DNA from: Camelus dromedarius
Lineage: Eukaryota
Assembly (NCBI RefSeq): GCF_036321535.1
Contig: NC_087437.1
Span: forward strand, 34,908,001-34,972,000
Direction: 5' to 3'
DNA length: 64,000 nt
The notes below the pieces were generated by a model. The model worked only from the letters and a program-made list of their open reading frames with translations. It was not told the origin of the DNA and did no database searches. Position numbers and translations under genes: made by a program. Positions within the stretch are counted from its first letter, which is position 1; each line of letters opens with the position of its first letter. Shown here piece by piece: positions 58,283 through 64,000 of the stretch.

Positions 58283-58379
58283 CTTCTTCTTGATTTACTT
58301 CTTCTGAGTGAAAGTCTTTCACCTTCACCAACTGAGCATTCAGCAGTGAGTAGCAGTCAAAAAATAATGCTTGAAATTT
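58283..58379 (-). other. B3GALNT1: Non-coding 5' UTR exon of B3GALNT1 (97 nt)
   Basis: Minus strand: acceptor tttcttatctatcttacAG| (58381-58380), donor AAG|GTAAGA (58282-58277), and GAAGAAG enhancer-like motifs inside. Confidence 0.7.
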
Positions 58380-59039
58380 CTGTAAGATAGATAAGAAACT
58401 GAACAGCATTTACTTTTGGGTCAAGGGATTAGAAGTCAAAAGGAAAGGGAACCCCTGCCCACCCCCGCTCCAATTCCTTTCTGAAATGAAACATAGGTTG
58501 AAATAAAAAGTTAAAAAAACCCACAAAACCCACCAGTCCACAGAATTCAGAAAGTTCATGAGTTCATCATGGAAGAAGAGCATCTAAGTTCTCATGTCAA
58601 CTGATGTCTCAGTTCCACTTTCTACCACAGTTCCACTTTCCTAGATAAAGAACTTGGGGGTCACTAAAAGACGTGAAACACAAAACTTCTAAGAGACACT
58701 CTGTTGGCATCCTGTCTAATTCTCTGCACCACACACATTCATGGAAGGCAATCCTGACGTGAGACTGTGAACTACCACTTCCCAACCCACTCCTTCCTGG
58801 GCATATACCTACATCTCTACTCATAAATACCCAAGACACGTTCGTAAACTGAAAGACAGTGAGGCACATCTCACTTCCTGCCATGATTCAGCATTCTCAT
58901 ACCTTGGTTTTCGCTAGTCAAGTTTAAAAATCAAAAGAGGATGTGAAAAAGAGGAAGCAATGATGTGTAATCACTCCTTATGGCAAAAAACACTCCAAAA
59001 GGATTAGAGTCAAATGGGAGAAAAATGAATCTGTAGGAG

Positions 59040-60200
59040 CACTATTCCTTTGATAACTATGTAAGTTTAAAAAGCTAAAGCTCTAATCTATTCTTAGAAA
59101 CAATGATCAGTACATATATGTAAACTAAAAAAATTGCAGTATATTGTATATATGTATTTACATGCAATATAATGTGTATGTGCAGTCAAACTGTAATAAT
59201 TCTATGTAATAAAATTGAAAAAGAAAAAAAAAAGAGAAAATATAAATGAACATTTCAATGATTTTGAAGTGGGGAGGAACTTTCAATTATTCCATGTAGG
59301 GGGAAAACACAGAACACATAAAGGAAATTTGATTAAATAAAAATTTCAAAAAGTTCTTGAACAAGGTTGAAATGCAAAAAAACCAAAAAACAACAACACA
59401 ACAAAAAGCACAAACAAGGTTGAAAGATAAAAAAAGAAATGGGAAAAATACCCGAGAGACTTATGATAAAGAATTTATATGCCAAATAAAAAAAGTTCAT
59501 AGAGTAGTAAGAAACAGATGAACACAAGAGAATAAATGGCCCAAAGGGAAATTCCCAAAAGTATTGCAAATGGTCAATAAAATAAGGAAAGATATTCAAA
59601 CGCACAAGTAAGCAGAGATATTAACAAAAATCCCAAACTAAAAAAATCAAAGAAGAAAAGTGATAGTACTCAGTTTGTGTGAGGAAAAGAAGCATTCTTG
59701 TGTACTTTCTGGAGAGAAATGTTAAACATTTATCAAAAATTTGAATGTGCACACTCTTTGACCAATACCATTGCCAGCAATTTCTCTTAAATAATCGGGC
59801 AACTGTGCATAATTTATAATATAAAAATTATTTTAAAGTCTCCCAATAGGGAATTGGTTAAACAAAATTATGATACATCCGTACAACAGCATATATTTAT
59901 TCATTATCTGCAATGATGCTTATCTATATTCCGTTGATATATTACTAAACGAAAGATGCAGCTGCAAAACTACAAGTGTAGTACGATTCCTTCTGAAAGA
60001 TGAGAAGACTCCATCGGTCCATACAGTCACACACACAAAGCAAGATGTCTGGCAGGGTGTGTCCCCACATGTCAATGGTTTCTACTCTGTGGGATTTCTG
60101 GATGATTTCTGTCTGTCTTTCTTTTTCCTTTTTGTAACATGTGTATTTTCCACACTATTTGTGTACTTTCTTTGTAAGTAGATTTTTTAAAAAAGCCAAA
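59040..60200 (+). mobile_element. Ancient L1 (L1ME-like) fragments, antisense to B3GALNT1
   Basis: A-rich degenerate ORF2 end and 3' UTR motifs (aaatggcccaaagg..caaatggtcaataaaataaggaaagatattca; gggaattggttaaacaaa). Confidence 0.65.
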
Positions 60201-60599
60201 AAACTGGATTTCATGCTTGCATGTCTCTAAATTCCACTGAACGGAAGTAACTGCAAGCTAGCAGTTAGGACCCTGAGCTGCATCTTATCCCAACTCTTCT
60301 CCCACGGTGTGGGCATGTACGATTCATGACATTTCTAGTAGGTATTATTCTCCATTATTTCAGTAAGTCTTATGTCAATACAGTAACAAACGATTTTAAA
60401 AATCCATTCAAAGCACAGTAATTCTAATAGAAACCTAACAGGTTTAAATTATCTAATAATAATAGCATTACACACATATACATGAAACAGTTTATAAAGT
60501 GTTTCAACAAATATTAATAGCTCCCCCCAATAACCCTATGTTGGGCCAACTGGTTTTACCGTACATATTTCACAAGTGAATTTCAGAGAGTTCAAATGA

Positions 60600-63500
60600 A
60601 ATGAAGGTGAAATAAAGACCCTTTCAAATAGAATAGGACTTACAAACTAACAAACTCTAGCTAAAAAAGTACCAAAGGAATGTATTTTAGTAAGGAGAAA
60701 AATGAACTCAGGAGGAAGGAATGAAACGCAAGAAAAAAAGTAAATAAAGAGATTATTAAAAGATAATGAAAATTAGTAAATATAGATGCTAAAAAAGAGA
60801 GAGAAAGAAGAACAAGCACAAAAACAGTATTTTTTTGTGTCGTTAAAAAAGCAAAACTAAAATACTATATAAAAATAACATGATTGCTGTAAAAAGATTT
60901 TCAAAGGAAAATTAAAATATGTTAACATTCCCATTTAGCTCAGGAGGAACAAGGAAAGACTGAGAAACTTTTTTGCAAAAAATTCATTTAAGAATGCATA
61001 TTAACCTTTAAAGTGACCACTGAGAGAATACATATGAAACATATACATTCCACACAGACTGAGAAATAAAAGAAAGAAAGGAAGCTATCAGTTCAACAGA
61101 GGAGAGGAGAAGAGACAAAAAGCAAAGAAAATGCATGGCAAATGGAAAACACAAAAGAAGACAGCAAAAGTAAATTTAAATGTATCATCAGAGTAAATAC
61201 GAATGTAAACTCACCTACTGAAAAACAGACTCTCAGACTGGCTCAAAATTCTGCCTTATACTGCTTATAAGATACATGCCTAAAACAAAACACAGAAGTT
61301 TAAAGATTAGAACATTTTTAAAAATCAGGAAAATGCCAATCAGAAGTCCATTGTAGTTACTTATTAATGTCACATATTTTAAATGAACAGCACTTAAAAG
61401 GAACAAGGAGATTGTGTTACTAGTAAAGAACCATCCAACAAGATTATTTAACAATCATGAAACTATTTAACATAAAAATATAGTCTCAAAATATATAAAG
61501 CAAATGCTGAAAAATATGAGTACAAATGGAAGAATCTATTATACTAATAGATTTTTAACAATTCTCTCTAAATAACTAACACATCAAGCAACAAAAACAG
61601 AGATATGAGTGTTTCAAATAATTTTATTAATAACTGTAATTTAGCACCTTTCACCCAATTAAAAAGAATAGGAATATTCATTTCAAGAATATATGAAAAA
61701 TTTATTTAAATTGATCACATTAAGTTACACAAGTCATCTCTTTTTCAAAACTCAATTTAACACAGGCCTCATCATCTGACTACAATATAATTTTAACTTA
61801 ACTACAAAAACATAACCTGAAAAACACATAAACAAAAAAGCCTATCTGGAAACTCAAAACCCTTACACACCAAACCCGTATTAACAAGAATACCGTACTG
61901 GTAATTATAAAACACCTGCAACTGAATACAGCAATGTATTACATTTCAGTGAGGGAGCTAGTACCCAACCTCTTATATGAAAACTACTGCAGGAGAAGAC
62001 AAGTTGTTTTATTTTTGTTTGTTTGTTTGTTTTTTTGCCTTAAAGAATGATCTGCAGTTCAGGGGAGCCAAATAGCTCCAAGTGAAGAGGAAAAGCTCTT
62101 CTTTATAGAAAAATGTTAATTATAAATGTAGATAGAATGACAGAATGAGAAAACCATCATTTTGCAAACTCTCATGAAATCATCAATTCAGGCAATGACT
62201 ATCAATCAGTGTTTTAACCAGCAAGCAAAAGACTGACAGAGAATCAGACATCTGTATAGTACCAAAGATAACTTTTTACTTGTAAGGACTGAAAAAAAAA
62301 AAAATTTACACCGGAGGAATCAGAGTGCTATCACTCTCACCCAGTCATCAATCTCAGTATTATAAATAATGGAACAAATGCACTTCTAATGAGAAACGTG
62401 TCTCCTAATGAAATACAATGTGAAGTGTGCATCTTAGCCAAAATGTTTAACTGGAATCTAATCATGTTTTACATGACACATAGAAAACAGAAGAACAAGC
62501 TAAGGAACTCCACAGGGAAACACTCAAACCCAAGAGGTGGGGTGTTCTGTGGGACAACCATCATGGTGTCTGCAACTAGTCAACCCCATGAAACATGGAT
62601 GGTTCTAGATTAAAAGAGATTAAGGGACACACACAACTGCAGCGTAGGATCCCAAACTGAATCCTGGAGAAAACTAAAGACAATCTAGACATTAGGACAT
62701 GCGAAAGGATTATTCATTTTGTTACGTGTGATAACATTAACTGAAAATATTCCTGGGTAAATCAGTGTGGAATATCCATGCAATGGAATGCTACTTAGCT
62801 ATAAAAAGAAACAAAGTACTGATACAGGTTATAACAAATATCATTTAAGAATTCAGAACATGGATGAACCTAAAAAACATGCTAAGTAAAAGGAGCCCAA
62901 CACAAAAGACCACATATTGTATGAAATGTTGAGGAAAGGCAAATCTATAGGCAGTAGGTTGATTACCTACCTGCAGCTGGGATCAGTGACTGCAAATGGA
63001 CAGAAAGGATCTTTTTGGGGTGATGGAAATATTTTAAAATCTGACTGTGGTAATAGTTGTAGATCTCTGTAAATTTAGTAAAAAATCACTGAATTGTACA
63101 ATTAAAATAATTTTACGCTATGTAGGTCATACCTCAATAAAGCTGTTAAAAGTTTTGTAATTTTTAAAAAACTTTCTTATTTTTAAGAGTCATACACTGA
63201 TATATATATAGGAATAGTATGTCAAGATATCTGTGTTTACTTTAAAATTTTTCAGTAATAAAAACTAAAGAGAGTTAAGAAAAGAAAAGAACTCCCTCTC
63301 TCGTACATTTCTGGTGGAGTGAAAAATGGCAACACCTTGAGGAGGGCTATCTGGAAAAACAGTACTTACACAAATTACAAATACATTTATTCTTTTATCA
63401 GTAATTTTGTTCCTGAAATTTATTTCAGACATAGCTGAGTATGTACAGAATGATATCTGTATATAAGGTTATTGGCTGCAAATTGTTTCTATTAGCAAAT

Positions 63501-64000
63501 AATTAGAAATAAACCAAGGGATCACAATGAGGGATTCCTCAGATAAATCAAGATACCACCACCCCATGGAAAAGTACACAGCTATTAAAAAAAATAATAA
63601 GGATGTTCTCTAAGTACTGACATGGAAATACTTCTAGAAAATATCAAGTGAAGATATAAGATACTGAACAATGTTTATAATATGTTAACTCTTATCTTAG
63701 AAAGGAAGAAGAAATGGAGCCAGTATTTGTATGTGCATAAGAAAAACAATGGAAAGGCACACATGCCGCGGACAGAGAGGAATGGGGTGGACAAGAAAAA
63801 AGGTGAGAGCATTCCTGTTTATATCAGTTTGTTATACTATTTAACATTACTTTGTTATATTATTTTGTTATGTATGTAATATTTTTATATTATTTTGATT
63901 CTTAAGGTACTTGAATACATTAAAAGTTAAAATAATGAAAATAAAAATTTTCCCTTCCTATTTAAAAAAAAGTGCTACTTATAAAAATGCACTAGATATA
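60600..64000 (+). mobile_element. Patchwork of old L1 fragments (ORF1 end, endonuclease region, several 3' ends)
   Basis: aaatgaaggtgaaataaagac, aatgtaaactcacct..aaacagactctcagactgg, aacatggatgaacctaaaaaacatgctaagt and tttggggtgatggaaatatt..tacctcaataaagctgt. Confidence 0.8.

Noticed and set aside
1..64000. CRISPR arrays, operons, rRNA, prokaryotic or viral coding systems, CpG-island promoter
   Set aside because: None seen. The sequence is mammalian intron, UTR and intergenic DNA, and both gene promoters lie outside the window.

Overview
This is mammalian genomic DNA, most likely camelid (alpaca/llama/camel), judged from two Vic-1-type tRNA-Ala-derived SINEs. It holds two convergent protein-coding genes. 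On the + strand is the 3' part of PPM1L (PP2C-epsilon phosphatase): about 30 kb of a long intron, a 162-nt coding exon (30577-30738), the last coding exon (33936-34282) and a probably ~9-kb, repeat-poor 3' UTR. On the - strand is B3GALNT1 (globoside synthase): a complete single-exon 331-aa CDS (54610-55605), a ~1.9-kb 3' UTR and a 97-nt non-coding exon carrying a 4-codon uORF. The rest is intronic or intergenic DNA with L1, L2, MIR, MLT1, MER5/MER102-like elements and a MER41-like solo LTR. Most ORF-track entries are chance ORFs. The most striking unexplained signal is two fused 3'/5' splice-site motifs (CAG|GTGAGT at 8920/8921 and CAG|GTATGT at 20207/20208). They divide the end of the PPM1L intron into ~11-kb and ~10-kb steps and are candidate recursive splice sites; the first could also act as a poison or alternative last exon. 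Other leads are an NF-kB plus UPRE intronic module, a hairpin-masked poly(A) signal, a bidirectional poly(A) site and a poly(A)-only retro-insertion. Repeat boundaries and family names were assigned by eye and are approximate unless target-site duplications (TSDs) are cited. No databases were searched.
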